DNA of 63,708 bases, counting the filler, from Octopus bimaculoides (taxonomy: Eukaryota), in assembly GCF_001194135.2 (NCBI RefSeq). It is 6 parts of 6 records of this genome, joined end to end, with 100 filler letters (N's around TTAATTAATTAA, not from the genome) between each part and the next. Parts side by side here need not be neighbours in the genome. Positions count along the whole stretch, not along the records: positions 1 to 26,551 come from NC_068985.1; 5 more parts are not named here. One strand, 5' to 3'. The notes under the pieces were generated by a model. It was given only the letters and a program-made list of their open reading frames with translations. It searched no databases and was not told where the DNA came from. Below are positions 1-11,299 of this stretch, piece after piece. Every line of letters begins with the position of its first letter. Position 1 is the stretch's first letter. The translations under genes and the position numbers were made by a program.

Positions 1-59
1 GATAATTTTTTTTTTCCTAACAGGTTTGGTCATGTGAGGAAAGGAAGAGGAACAGTGGT

Positions 60-620
60 GGTATTGTTTCATGATGGTGTCGACGGAGTTGCTGGTTGGA
101 TACGGGGACTGTGGTGGTGGTGGTGGTATTGGTAGTGGTGGTGGTGGTGTTGTTGGTGGTGGTGATGATGGTGCTGATGGTAGTGGTGGTAATGGTGGTA
201 GTAGTGATGTTGACGGGGGTGATGGTATTGGTGGTGGTGGTGGTGGTGGTTGATGGTACTGGTAGTGGTAGTGGTGGTATTGATGGTGGTGGTGCTGGTG
301 GTGCTGGTAGGGGTAGTGGTATGGTGGTGGTGGTGGTGGTGGTGCTGGTGCTGGTATTGTTTCATAAGGGTGCTGGTAGGGGTGGTGGTATGGTGACTAT
401 GGTGGTGGTGGTAGTGGCTGATGGTACTGGTAGTGGTAGTGGTGGTATTGATGGTGGGGGTGTAGGTTCATGGTACTGGTAGTGGTGGCGGTGGTATTGA
501 TGGTGGTGGTGATGGTGGTGCTGGTAGGGGTGGTGGGGACGGTCATGGTGGTGGTGGTGTTGATGGTACCGGTGGTGGTGGTTGTAGTGGTAGTGGTGAT
601 AACAGTGATGTTATAGCTAA
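60..620. repeat. Degenerate (GGT)n/(GAT)n low-complexity array with recurring longer units
   Basis: Mostly GGT triplets; the unit gatggtactggtagtggtagtggtggtattgatggtgg recurs near 253, 420 and 470. The overlapping Gly/Val/His/Thr ORFs are repeat artefacts. Confidence 0.9.
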
Positions 621-1121
621 TGATAGTTAACAATTGTGTTACAATATTCGTGGGTGCCGTTAATCGGTGGATTATCTTAACCCTAGGTCGTTCTGGTCAA
701 GTAGCTTGATGACCAAAAGAAATAACAGCTGTGACCACCACCTCATTTTTTTTCTTTTCTTCCTTTAAACCTCTTCCAGACCATATTGGAGACATAATCT
801 CCTATATCCATTTTCAGATACACTAGAAAGCTTTTTGAATGTTATTTGGCTGCTATTTCTAGCAGATAGAACGACCACGTAGAAGCCCCATTTTTAACAC
901 GTGATAATTATGGCTTGTTTCCCAAGTCGAAGTTGATAGAACAATCCTTTATCAAATGCATTCCAATCGTGACCATCCCATTGGTTGCTATGTAGGACTA
1001 CATTATGTAATAAAACCTTTCCTTATGTAAATCAACTGAGTAAGTTCTGGCTGTTATTTCTAGCAGATTGTGTGACAACATAAGCGATTACTTGTGATGA
1101 TATTGGTGCAAAATATTGTTG

Positions 1122-1575
1122 TAGGCGCAGGAGTGGCTGTGTGGTAAGTAGCTTGCTTACCAACCACATGGTTCCGGGTTCAGTCCCACTGCGTGGCATG
1201 TTGGGCAAGTGTCTTTTACTATAGCCTCGGGCCGACCAAAGCCTTGTGAGTGGATTTGGTAGACGGAAACTGAAAGAAGCCCGTCGTATATATGTATATA
1301 TATNNNNNNNNNNNNNNNNNNATATATATACGTGTGTGCGTTTGTGTGTGTGTGTGTGTGTGTGTGTCTGTGTTTGTCCCCCTAGCATTGCTTGACAACC
1401 GATGCTGGTGTGTTTATGTCCCCGTCACTTAGCGGTTCGGCAAAGGAGACCGATAGAATAAGTACTAGGCTTACAAAGAATAAGTCCCGGGGTCGATTTG
1501 GTCGACTAAAGGCAGTGCTCCAGCATGGCCGCAGTCAAATGACTGAAACAAGTAAAAGAGTAAAAGGGTAAAAAA
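1122..1575 (+). mobile_element. SINE family A, full length (tRNA-like head, CORE-like block, internal (TA)n/(TG)n, 3' module)
   Basis: A-box-like tggctgtgtgg, B-box-like ggttcagtccc, then ttgggcaagtgtctt. More than 10 related copies in the window. Confidence 0.9.
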
Positions 1576-1917
1576 GTAGTTCTTGTTTAACACTATGTAA
1601 GTATACTTATTGTTGGAGGCATTCCACCCGCGACCATTTCGACTTTTGCAAGCAAAATATCCAGTCTGTTATTTTCTCTGCTCTATTATTTCTAAGAATT
1701 AATTAATTAATTATCTAATTAGATTCAAAAACTTTTCTGGTCGGTAGTCAGTGTCACCTGATAGAAAATTTGATTGCTATGTCTGACATATACAAAAGAA
1801 AACAAACAATTTTTTTTAAAAATGACAAAAGGAAGGGAAAAAACAGAGGTCACGGCCGGAGCGCCTTGTATCATGTTTGCTAGACCGGACGGGGCTGGCA
1901 TGGAACGAAAAATCACT

Positions 1918-2025
1918 ACCACATCATCATCATCGTCGTCGTCATCATCATCATCATCACCATCGTCATCATCAGCATCATCATCATCATCATCATCATC
2001 GTCATCATCATCATCATCATCATCG

Positions 2026-2072
<47 letters not shown>

Positions 2073-2125
2073 TTCATCATCATCATCAACAACAGCAAAA
2101 GCAATACCATCAACTACTATCATTA
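1918..2125. repeat. (CAT)n/(CGT)n microsatellite
   Basis: Long CAT triplet run; source of the poly-D/S/H/M ORFs. Confidence 0.95.
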
Positions 2126-2144
2126 TGTAATACATGGTAGGGTA

Positions 2145-2545
2145 GGGTAGAGAACGCTGAACAATATAGGCTTTCCATCTTTCGGCATTGCGAGTTCGAG
2201 TCCAGCTTCGGTCGGACTTTCATATTGTTCTACTGGAGTCGTTAAAATCTAGAGTAAGAACGTAACAGGGATGGGTCACCGCATTACAAATTATATGGGC
2301 TTCTATCAATGTAAGGGTCACAATATAACATTCATTATTGTGCTGTATAGCCCCGGGTGAGCTCTGCAGGAGCAGACTTGTGATCAAAAGGCTTCCCGCC
2401 GTCTCCATCCTGCTTTTTTCTCGATGTGTATGAAACTCAGGCCTGCGTTTTCCAACATATTCTCTTGTAAGTTGGTTAGGTGTTATCTGAAGGAGAGTTG
2501 GTTGCTATTTCTAACAGTTTGCGCAACCACGTAGAGCCCTCCACG
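2145..2545 (+). mobile_element. Old diverged SINE, D-like head with a longer tail
   Basis: B-box-like gagttcgagtcc and a D-like central block. Its tail motif tggttgctatttcta...accacgtagag also occurs near 848, 1048 and 3285 (+) and near 24700 (-). Confidence 0.5.
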
Positions 2546-2574
2546 CATCGCTGGCTGGATACAGCGTTATGCAG

Positions 2575-3135
2575 TGTTGTGGTGGTGGTGGTGGTGGTGG
2601 TGGTGGTGGTNNNNNNNNNNNNNNNNNNNNNNNNNNNNNNNNNNNNNNNNNNNNNNNNNNNNNNNNNNNNNNNNNNNNNNNNNNNNNNNNNNNNNNNNNN
2701 NNNNNNNNNNNNNNNNNNNNNNNNNNNNNNNNNNNNNNNNNNNNNNNNNNNNNNNNNNNNNNNNNNNNNNNNNNNNNNNNNNNNNNNNNNNNNNNNNNNN
2801 NNNNNNNNNNNNNNNNNNNNNNNNNNNNNNNNNNNNNNNNNNNNNNNNNNNNNNNNNNNNNNNNNNNNNNNNNGGTGGTAGTGGTGGTGGTGGTGGTGGT
2901 TGTGGTGGTAGTGGTAGTGGTGGTGGTGGTGATGAATTTAAAAAAAAAACTGATATTGTCTTTTCAAAAAAACAAAGACGACGACGAATATGATGATGGT
3001 GATGATGATGATGGTGACGACGACGATGATGATGATGATGAGAGGGCGGAGGAGGAGGAGAACGGTGACGACGACAGCAATGACAATGACGATAACAATG
3101 GTTTCAACATTGATGATGTTGATGTTGATGGTGCA
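2575..3135. repeat. (GGT)n and (GAT/GAC)n microsatellites around an N gap
   Basis: Direct reading; gap at 2611-2873. Confidence 0.9.
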
Positions 3136-3379
3136 CCTACTGTTGTTCATGTTATTTAAACCCCGAATTTAGCCCCCTCTTTCCCCCCCCCTCTATATTC
3201 AAGGAACCCGAGGCCGTATTATCCACCATTTCCCTTTTTCCCTTTGTTTCCAAGACGATCGAGGTATGAGTTCAGTGAGTTTTAGCTGCTGTTTCTAGCA
3301 AGTCAAGTTACCACGCATAGATTCCCTCGTGACGCCTGTTAGTTGCGCTGGTAGTGTTGGAGAGGTGTGGCTGGTTCAT

Positions 3380-3391
3380 AGCTGCTGCTAC

Positions 3392-3422
<31 letters not shown>

Positions 3423-3490
3423 TCTACTACTGCTGCTACTGCTGCTTCTATTGCTGCTTCTACTGCTGCTGCTACTGCTGCTGGTACCAC
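3380..3490. repeat. (CTG)n/(CTA)n microsatellite
   Basis: Direct reading. Confidence 0.9.
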
Positions 3491-3616
3491 TGCCGTAGTT
3501 GCTGCTGTTTGTAGTGATGGTGGTGATCGACATGTTTCATTGATATTTCCAAGTCACAAGACTGAAATTACTCAATCTTCGAGTAACAGTTTTCCTGATC
3601 GCTAATAACAAACAGC

Positions 3617-4011
3617 GTGGAGGCGCAATGGCTCAGTGGTTAGGGCAGCGGACTCGCGGTCATAGGATCGCGGTTTCGATTCCCAGACCGGGCGTTGTGA
3701 GTGTTTATTGAGCGAAAAACACCTAAAAATGCTCCACGAGGCTCCGACAGGAGATGGTGGCGAACCCTGCTGTACCCTTCCACCACAACTTTCTCTCACT
3801 CTTACTTCCTGTTTCTGTTGTACCTGTAATTCAAAGGGTCAGCCTTGTCACACTGTGTCACGCTGAATATCCACGAGAACTACGTTAAGGGTACACGTGT
3901 CTGTGGAGTGCTCAGCCACTTGTACGTTAATTTCACGAGCAGGCTGTTCCGTTGATCGGATCAACAGGAACCCTCGACGTCGTAAGCGACGGAACGCCAA
4001 CAACAACAACA
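3617..4011 (+). mobile_element. SINE family B, full length, (CAA)n tail
   Basis: tRNA-like head gtggaggcgcaatggctcagtggttaggg...ggtttcgattccc; 13-bp TSD with one mismatch, aataacaaacagc (3604-3616) and aataagaaacagc (4012-4024). Confidence 0.92.
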
Positions 4012-4104
4012 AATAAGAAACAGCATCATCTTAAGCAGCAACCATAACAGCAGCAGCAGCAATAACAACAACAACAATAACAGTAACAACAACAACAAAA
4101 AAAA

Positions 4105-4446
4105 GCTGGTACTCCGTCGGTTAAGACGACGAGGGTTCCAGTTGATCCAACCAATGGAACAGCCTGGTCGTGATGTTAACATGAAAGTGGCTGAGTGCTC
4201 CACAGACACGCGTACCCATAACATAGTTCTCAGGGAGATTCAGCATGACACGGAACGGGACAAGACTGGCCCTTTGAATTACAGTTACCGCTCATTTTTT
4301 TTTTTTTTTTTGCCAGCTGAGTGGACAGGAGAAACGTGAGATGAAGTGTCTTGCTCAAGGACACGACATTTTATGCCCGGCCGGGATCCGATCTCACGAC
4401 CTTACGATCCGTGAGCCGAACACCCTAACCACTGAGCCACGTGCCT
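4105..4446 (-). mobile_element. SINE family C (tRNA head + CORE-like domain + tail shared with B)
   Basis: Minus strand reads ccttgagcaagacacttcatctcacgtttctcctgtccactcagctggc, which aligns by eye with the MIR/CORE motif ccttgggcaagtcactt...ctcatctgtaaaatg. The 3' ~170 bp matches the family B tail. Confidence 0.85.
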
Positions 4447-4454
4447 TCTCATAT

Positions 4455-4539
4455 CAACAAAAACAACAACAACAACAACAACATCTGCTGTTAGAAGAAC
4501 AACAGCAGCAGCAGCAGCAACAACAGAAGCAGAACGAAG

Positions 4540-4579
<40 letters not shown>

Positions 4580-4727
4580 CCATCACCATCATCATCGTCA
4601 TCATCATCATCGTCATCATCATCATCATTACCATGATCATCATCACCATCACCATCATCATCGTCATCATCATCATCGTCATCATCATCATCATTACCAT
4701 GATCATCATCACCATCACCATCATCAT
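4455..4727. repeat. (CAA)n/(CAG)n/(CAT)n microsatellite with a ~63-bp higher-order repeat
   Basis: Direct reading; runs into the gap at 4728-5637. Confidence 0.9.
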
Positions 4728-5638
4728 NNNNNNNNNNNNNNNNNNNNNNNNNNNNNNNNNNNNNNNNNNNNNNNNNNNNNNNNNNNNNNNNNNNNNNNNN
4801 NNNNNNNNNNNNNNNNNNNNNNNNNNNNNNNNNNNNNNNNNNNNNNNNNNNNNNNNNNNNNNNNNNNNNNNNNNNNNNNNNNNNNNNNNNNNNNNNNNNN
4901 NNNNNNNNNNNNNNNNNNNNNNNNNNNNNNNNNNNNNNNNNNNNNNNNNNNNNNNNNNNNNNNNNNNNNNNNNNNNNNNNNNNNNNNNNNNNNNNNNNNN
5001 NNNNNNNNNNNNNNNNNNNNNNNNNNNNNNNNNNNNNNNNNNNNNNNNNNNNNNNNNNNNNNNNNNNNNNNNNNNNNNNNNNNNNNNNNNNNNNNNNNNN
5101 NNNNNNNNNNNNNNNNNNNNNNNNNNNNNNNNNNNNNNNNNNNNNNNNNNNNNNNNNNNNNNNNNNNNNNNNNNNNNNNNNNNNNNNNNNNNNNNNNNNN
5201 NNNNNNNNNNNNNNNNNNNNNNNNNNNNNNNNNNNNNNNNNNNNNNNNNNNNNNNNNNNNNNNNNNNNNNNNNNNNNNNNNNNNNNNNNNNNNNNNNNNN
5301 NNNNNNNNNNNNNNNNNNNNNNNNNNNNNNNNNNNNNNNNNNNNNNNNNNNNNNNNNNNNNNNNNNNNNNNNNNNNNNNNNNNNNNNNNNNNNNNNNNNN
5401 NNNNNNNNNNNNNNNNNNNNNNNNNNNNNNNNNNNNNNNNNNNNNNNNNNNNNNNNNNNNNNNNNNNNNNNNNNNNNNNNNNNNNNNNNNNNNNNNNNNN
5501 NNNNNNNNNNNNNNNNNNNNNNNNNNNNNNNNNNNNNNNNNNNNNNNNNNNNNNNNNNNNNNNNNNNNNNNNNNNNNNNNNNNNNNNNNNNNNNNNNNNN
5601 NNNNNNNNNNNNNNNNNNNNNNNNNNNNNNNNNNNNNT

Positions 5639-5961
5639 CTTTGTAAGCCTAGTACTTATTCTATCGGTCTCTTGTACCGAACCACTAAGTTACGGGGACG
5701 TAAACACACCACCAACGGTTGTCAAGCGATGCTGGGGGGGACAAACACAGACACACAAACATACACACACACACATATATATATATACATATATACGACA
5801 GGCTTCTTTCAGTTTCTGTCTTCCAAATCCACTCACAAGGCTTTGGTCGGCTCGGGGCTATAGTAGAAGACACTTGGCCCAATGTGCCACGCAGTGGGAA
5901 TGAACCCGGAACCATGTGGTTGGTAAGCAAGCTACTTACCACACAGCCACTCCTGCGCCTA
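5639..5961 (-). mobile_element. SINE family A (3' end lost in gap)
   Basis: Reverse complement of 1122-1480 at high identity. Confidence 0.9.
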
Positions 5962-6333
5962 CTATTAAATATTAGTTTTAAATGTATGAAAAAAAATGTT
6001 GTTAAAATGTTTTGTGCATTGAAGAGACAAACCATTTTATTGCCCATAGATTTTAATGGCAAAACCTTATATGGCTCACCAAGGGTTATATGTACCCCGG
6101 CTGAGAACAACTGCTCTAAGCGGTCACACGACATGCTGAAGAGAGCAACCAAATCTCTCTCAAAGTCATACCGTACTTACTTAAAAATAGTCATTTTGGA
6201 AAATGTTTAGTGGGTTTCTTACATGAAAGAAAATTGTGGGATGGTCACGGTTTGAAAGCTTTTGATGATCGATCTGTTCAATAAGAGTTTAGCTGAGGTT
6301 AAATAAAATAAATAACAAAACTAATCACTAATA

Positions 6334-6544
6334 CAGAATTTAAATTTTGGCACAAGGCCTGCAATTCCCGAGGATGGAGTGAGTCGATTACATCGATCCC
6401 AGTGCTCAATTAGAACTTATTTTATCGACCTCGGAAGGATGAAAGGCAAAGTCAACTTTGATGGAATTTGATCTCAGAACGTAAAGACGGACGAAATGCC
6501 GTTAAATATTTTCCCGAGTGTGCTTAAGATTCTGCCAGCTCGCC
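6334..6544 (-). mobile_element. SINE family D (tRNA head + Deu/Nin-like central domain)
   Basis: Minus strand has the B-box-like ttctgagatcaaattcc, then aagttgactttgcctttcatccttccgaggtcgataaaataag. 11-bp TSD aatcactaata at 6323-6333 and 6545-6555. Confidence 0.85.
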
Positions 6545-6555
6545 AATCACTAATA

Positions 6556-7733
6556 TTGGGTTATTAGATAACTCCGTTCATTTCTTTCCGTTTTTATTTG
6601 ATTTAACACGAAATATATTTTTATCATAGTGCTTCAATTGTTGTTGTTGTAGCTTTATACCTTCTCCACAACTTCTACTTATTATTTTTGAAATTTGAAT
6701 AGATTTTACCTCTTTTCATACATATGACGATGGAGTGTGTGGGTTGGCACTCCGTCGCTTACGACGTCGAGGGTTCCAGTTGATCCGATCAACGGAACAG
6801 CCTATTCGTGAATTTAACGTGCAAATGGCTGAGCACTCCACTGACACGTGTACCCTTAACGTAGTTCTCGGGGATATTCAGCGTGACACAGTGTGACAAG
6901 GCTGACCCTTTGAATTACAGGCACAACAGAAACAGGAAGTAAGAGTGAGAGAAAGTTGTGGTGGAAGAGTACAGCAGGGTTCGCCACCATCCCCTGTCGG
7001 AGCCTCGTGGAGCTTTAGTTGTCTTCGCTCAATAAACACTCATAACGCCCGGTCTGGGAATCGAAACCGCGATCCTATGACCATGAGTCCGCTGCCCTAA
7101 CCACTGGGCCATTGCGCCTCCACCGACGATGGAATGGCAATCAGAGAAAACTGAGCATTTTTGAAACATGCTTCTCTTCGCTTTCAATCAAGGTTCCAAA
7201 GCCGCTTGAAACATTTGGTCCTTTTAAGAAGGAACGATTACTGAAAGAACTCCAAAGAAATGGTTTTCACGCTTCAAGGAAGGGAAATTCCATCTCATAA
7301 TCTGTCTGCATTCCAGCTGACCTGTTCAGTTCAAGAAAAATTGATTGGACGAGTTCATCCACAAAGATCCGCACCAATCAACCAAGAAATTGGCCCAATA
7401 GATACGATGTTCTCATGGTCCTGTCGCCCGTAATCTTCACTCAGTGAGCAATCCAACTAAAACAACTCGACCGACCACAGGGTGTGCTTCGTCAACACGA
7501 CAACTCTCGCCCCCAAGTCGTTAATTTGACTCAAAATGTTATTCATGAAGTCGGATGTGGAGTTACAACTGCATCCACCTGATATAGCGCCTTCAGATCA
7601 TTACCTTTTTAGATCGTTCTCCAGCAGTTTTCAAGGCGTTTCGTTCAACAAAGTGGAGGTAAAAATGTGGCTCAATGAATTCTCAGAGTCAAGTCCTAGT
7701 GATTTCTACAGTCAAGGCATTGACAAACTGGTA
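6556..7733 (+). mobile_element. Decayed mariner (Tc1/mariner) transposon, internally deleted, interrupted by SINE B
   Basis: From ATG 7129 the frameshifted translation gives MEWQSEKTEHF..MLLFAFNQGSKAA..TITERTPKKWFSRFKEG..HKDPHQSTKKLAQ (HTH), then after a deletion near 7450 GVLRQHDNSRPQ and HPPDIAPSDHYLFRS..SQGIDKLV (mariner HDN and PDIAPSD motifs). TA followed by a TIR-like ttgggttattagataa at 6554-6571. Confidence 0.85.
6735..7124 (-). mobile_element. SINE family B nested in the mariner
   Basis: Reverse complement of 3617-4011; perfect 9-bp TSD gacgatgga at 6726-6734 and 7125-7133. Confidence 0.92.
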
Positions 7734-7874
7734 CTTTATTTTATCGATCACGAAAAGACGAAAAGCAAAGTTGACCTTGATGGCATTGGGACTCAAAACG
7801 TAAAGAGCTGGAAGAAGCGCCGCTAAGCATTTTCCTTATTCGATTCATTAACGATTCTGCTAGCTTGCTGCCTA
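7726..7874 (-). mobile_element. SINE family D, 5' half
   Basis: Homologous to 6420-6544; fused to the mariner at aactggta. Confidence 0.8.
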
Positions 7875-10051
7875 TGACAAATTGCAGCCAAAATCTCACT
7901 GCAGTTTTTCTCAAGAAACGGCACATTGAATGATATATTCCTAAATACGTTGTGTTTAGAGGAAAGACTGAATGGTCATATAGGTTTCACCCTCCATTTT
8001 ATGATCTCTCTTAAGTACATTTGAACACATCGTTTCCTCAACCTCAGTGACATAGGGATGTTGAACAAATATCTCTAATACCTTTATTGCTCGGGCTCGA
8101 CTTGTTTTACCAAAATTTTGTTATTACAGATTGATGTTCATCATCAATCATTGTAATCAATTCTTAAATTTCTTTTCAGTTAATATGCCCGAAAAACCAA
8201 AATAACTCTTTAATCTTCTTGTAAGGGTGCAATTGTGTTTGATTAAATGAAAATAATTTCAGGATAAATGCACATGGGGAGAGAACCAAAAGTGTTGTAA
8301 TTTTTCTTACATTAACATTTGTCCGTAGACAGACCATCTAATAAACATCTTATATAACGCAATCTTTTCTGATAGTTTACCACATAACAGAGAAACTAAG
8401 TTTCGAAATGCTATTCGCTGCTCTTGGGCTTTCAAAGTGATAAAAGATAAAAGGCTTAAGTTTAGAAGTTTCCTAACAACCATGTGAAGTGATCATTTGA
8501 TGCTTTAGACACCAGTGTCTTTCAAGACGAAAATGTTAGAGTAAACGTTTCTAAATTAGCCCTTATTTATATTGAAACCTAAATTTTGTGGATATTGTTA
8601 CGAAAATTACGATATATTCCGGATGTTCCCCTGTAATGGAAGTTAGATCATTTCTTCAAGAGATTCTCCTGTTTTGAAGGTTGGATTATTTATTTCTTCA
8701 ACTCGAGAAACAACAAACACTTGAGTCTCAACATCCGCTTCTAGTTTTAAATAATTTGATACGTTTAATAAGATTTGCTTTCCAATGGCTTAGAAAGTGG
8801 TGGGTGTCGTTATGACATATCTTTCATCCAAACACATCATGTCTATGTTAGTTAGGAGTTGCTCAGTTGAGTTTTGGAATGGAACTTTTAATTAGTCAGA
8901 CCAATTCATGATTTATATTTACAGTTGATTCCGTATCAACATTTTTGTTTTTTCTTCCTTCTACTTTCTTTCTATTTTTATTTTTTTATTTTATCTAATT
9001 ATAAAACTGTATACTTATTTGGCAGACACACATAGACACACACGCACATACATATATATATATATGTATATACAGGCGTATGTGTACATATACATATGTA
9101 GACAAGCACAACTACATACATACGTGTGTGCGTGTGTATGTGTATGAATGTGTTTGCGTTAAGATTTTTATCTTTCGTAAATTTTTACAAAAAAATATTA
9201 AAGTGTTGAATACACACAGGGAAAGGAAAGTATTGATTACGAGATTTGTGTAACGCAAGATTTTTTATATTAACTTCATCGTTCGACCACTATCTCATTT
9301 TTACGTCAGTTTCCGGAAAGATGTCATGCTTATGAATTCAGGAATCTTTCATTTGATGCGAATTTTCTCAGACTAACACCCAACCGAACATGCTTTGAAT
9401 CTGTAGTATAAATTTTATAGCTATAGTTACGAATCACTCCTGTCCTCCTCGCATACATATAACATTTAAATATGTTAAATATTGATTTGTTATACAAGGA
9501 CTTTTCCAAAGTATTCTAGATGAGATATAAATGCCATGAAATGTACGACGAAAAAAGGAGTTGATAAGCTACTGGACAAGCAGCAAAATGTCGATGGTTC
9601 GTACTCATCCTATGGTCGGTGCCGTTTTGAATTTCAAGCTTAATACGTGAAAACCAGACGACTGTGTCTTACTAGTCGTAATTGTTGTTGAGACTAGTGT
9701 TAGCTTTAGCTGAATAGACCTAACATCATAAGTAGAACAAAATATAGCCTGAAATCAGTAGCAGTGCTTTCGTATTGACCAGTGACCTGTATAATTGCAG
9801 TTACGAGTTCAAATCCCTGTACGTGAAAGGTTGTCAAGTTTCTCATCTATTTAGTGCTTAATGTAATGGAACTTGGAGTCAAGTAGGGCAGCCATTGGTG
9901 CACATATCCTGGAATGATATATTCGGTCGTTGAATTAACCTTCATGTTTGAATTAACATACCACGTATTAATTTTATTTTATTCGAATATAGAGGAGCCT
10001 TTAGCTGTGTTCTTCCCACACGAGCATCGTCTAAAGGATTTTAAATACTGG

Positions 10052-10208
10052 TTTCAACTTTTTCCACAAGGCCAGTAAGTTTGGAGGAGGGAGTAAGTTG
10101 ATTTCCTCGACTCTAGTGCTCAACTGGGACATGTTTTATTGATCTCTAAACGATGAAAGGCAAACTAGACTTGGGCGAAATTTGAACTCAGAACGTAAAG
10201 ACGGAAGG
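10052..10208 (-). mobile_element. SINE family D fragment
   Basis: cacaaggccag...gatgaaaggcaaa...tttgaactcagaacgtaaagacgg. Confidence 0.8.
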
Positions 10209-10231
10209 TCTTAAATATTAATGTCATTAAT

Positions 10232-10315
10232 AATTTCGCCGAGGTTGATCTTTGTCTTTCATTCTTCCGGGGTGGATAAAATAAGAAACAGTTAAGCACT
10301 GTCTCGAATTGATCT
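10232..10315 (+). mobile_element. SINE family D fragment, inverted relative to its neighbour
   Basis: gccgaggttgatctttgtctttcattcttccggggtggataaaataag. Confidence 0.75.
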
Positions 10316-10647
10316 TGCACCTATGTTTGAAATCATATAATGTTGCTAACGTAGCAAACTTTAGAAGTTGCAAATAGTTTCATTAATGACAGAGAGCTAA
10401 CTTAAGAAACACTAAACAGTTTTCTTCTTATTGATATAGTTGTTGTTGTAGGAAAATAACAATTAGTGTTATTAGTAACGGAACTGTAGTCCCAGCTCAC
10501 CTATCCGATCGAGATGACAATTAGGAATCCAGACAGTAGCGTGACAATGATTAAGACATTTAACTCTTTCTAGGCCATCCAATTTTGTGTAAGTCAATAC
10601 TATGAGTAACTACCGCATAGAAATGCAGATAATGATAGATACGATCC

Positions 10648-10711
10648 CATTTTATCGATGGGTCATTTTATCGATGGGTCATTTTATCGATGGGTCATTT
10701 TATCGAAGGGC
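10648..10711. repeat. 16-bp tandem repeat x4 (cattttatcgatgggt)
   Basis: Three perfect units and one with two mismatches. Confidence 0.95.
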
Positions 10712-11299
10712 TGTTCAACTGATCATTGTACATTTTGGTTAACTTAGTAACTTTGGAGTAAACATTTACCATCCATGACAGTCTCTATATGAATAGCCGT
10801 ACCTTATAATTTTCTTGAAGTAGGTTTAAAATTTCAAAAGTCAATCGAGATAGTTTTTTGTGAAAAAGAATGATTGAAAGGTGTATATACACACATGTCT
10901 ACATACATACATACATAAATTGGAAATGTAAAAATAAAAACAAAACACGAAGGATTCTGCGGTACACGTGTTTCAAGCTTTATAGTTGTTGCATCATTAT
11001 TGGTATATAATTGATAGTATAAAGCTATCTTCGGCCGCAAATATATTCTTTCCCAAGTATTATATCACAAAGAAGAAATTAAAAGAGGGAGAAACATGAG
11101 AGATAAAAGGTGAGAGTCCACTTGGTATTGTCCATTGTAATATACCTCGTAGAATCTTTAATTTGATATATTTACATACATACATACATACATACACACA
11201 TACATGCACACATTTGTGTATATACTTCTCTGTGTGTTTATGTATATAAATATATATATATAAATATTTATATATATCCTGAACAGGAAAAGCTACCCC

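Noticed and set aside
1697-1712. aattaattaattaatt resembling the scaffold spacer
   Set aside because: Not flanked by Ns; an ordinary (AATT)n microsatellite.
3617-3690. tRNA-like heads of SINEs as tRNA genes
   Set aside because: They have A/B boxes but no acceptor-stem closure, and they continue into repeated bodies with TSDs.
10648-10711. Short repeats as a CRISPR array
   Set aside because: No spacers, eukaryotic context, no cas genes.
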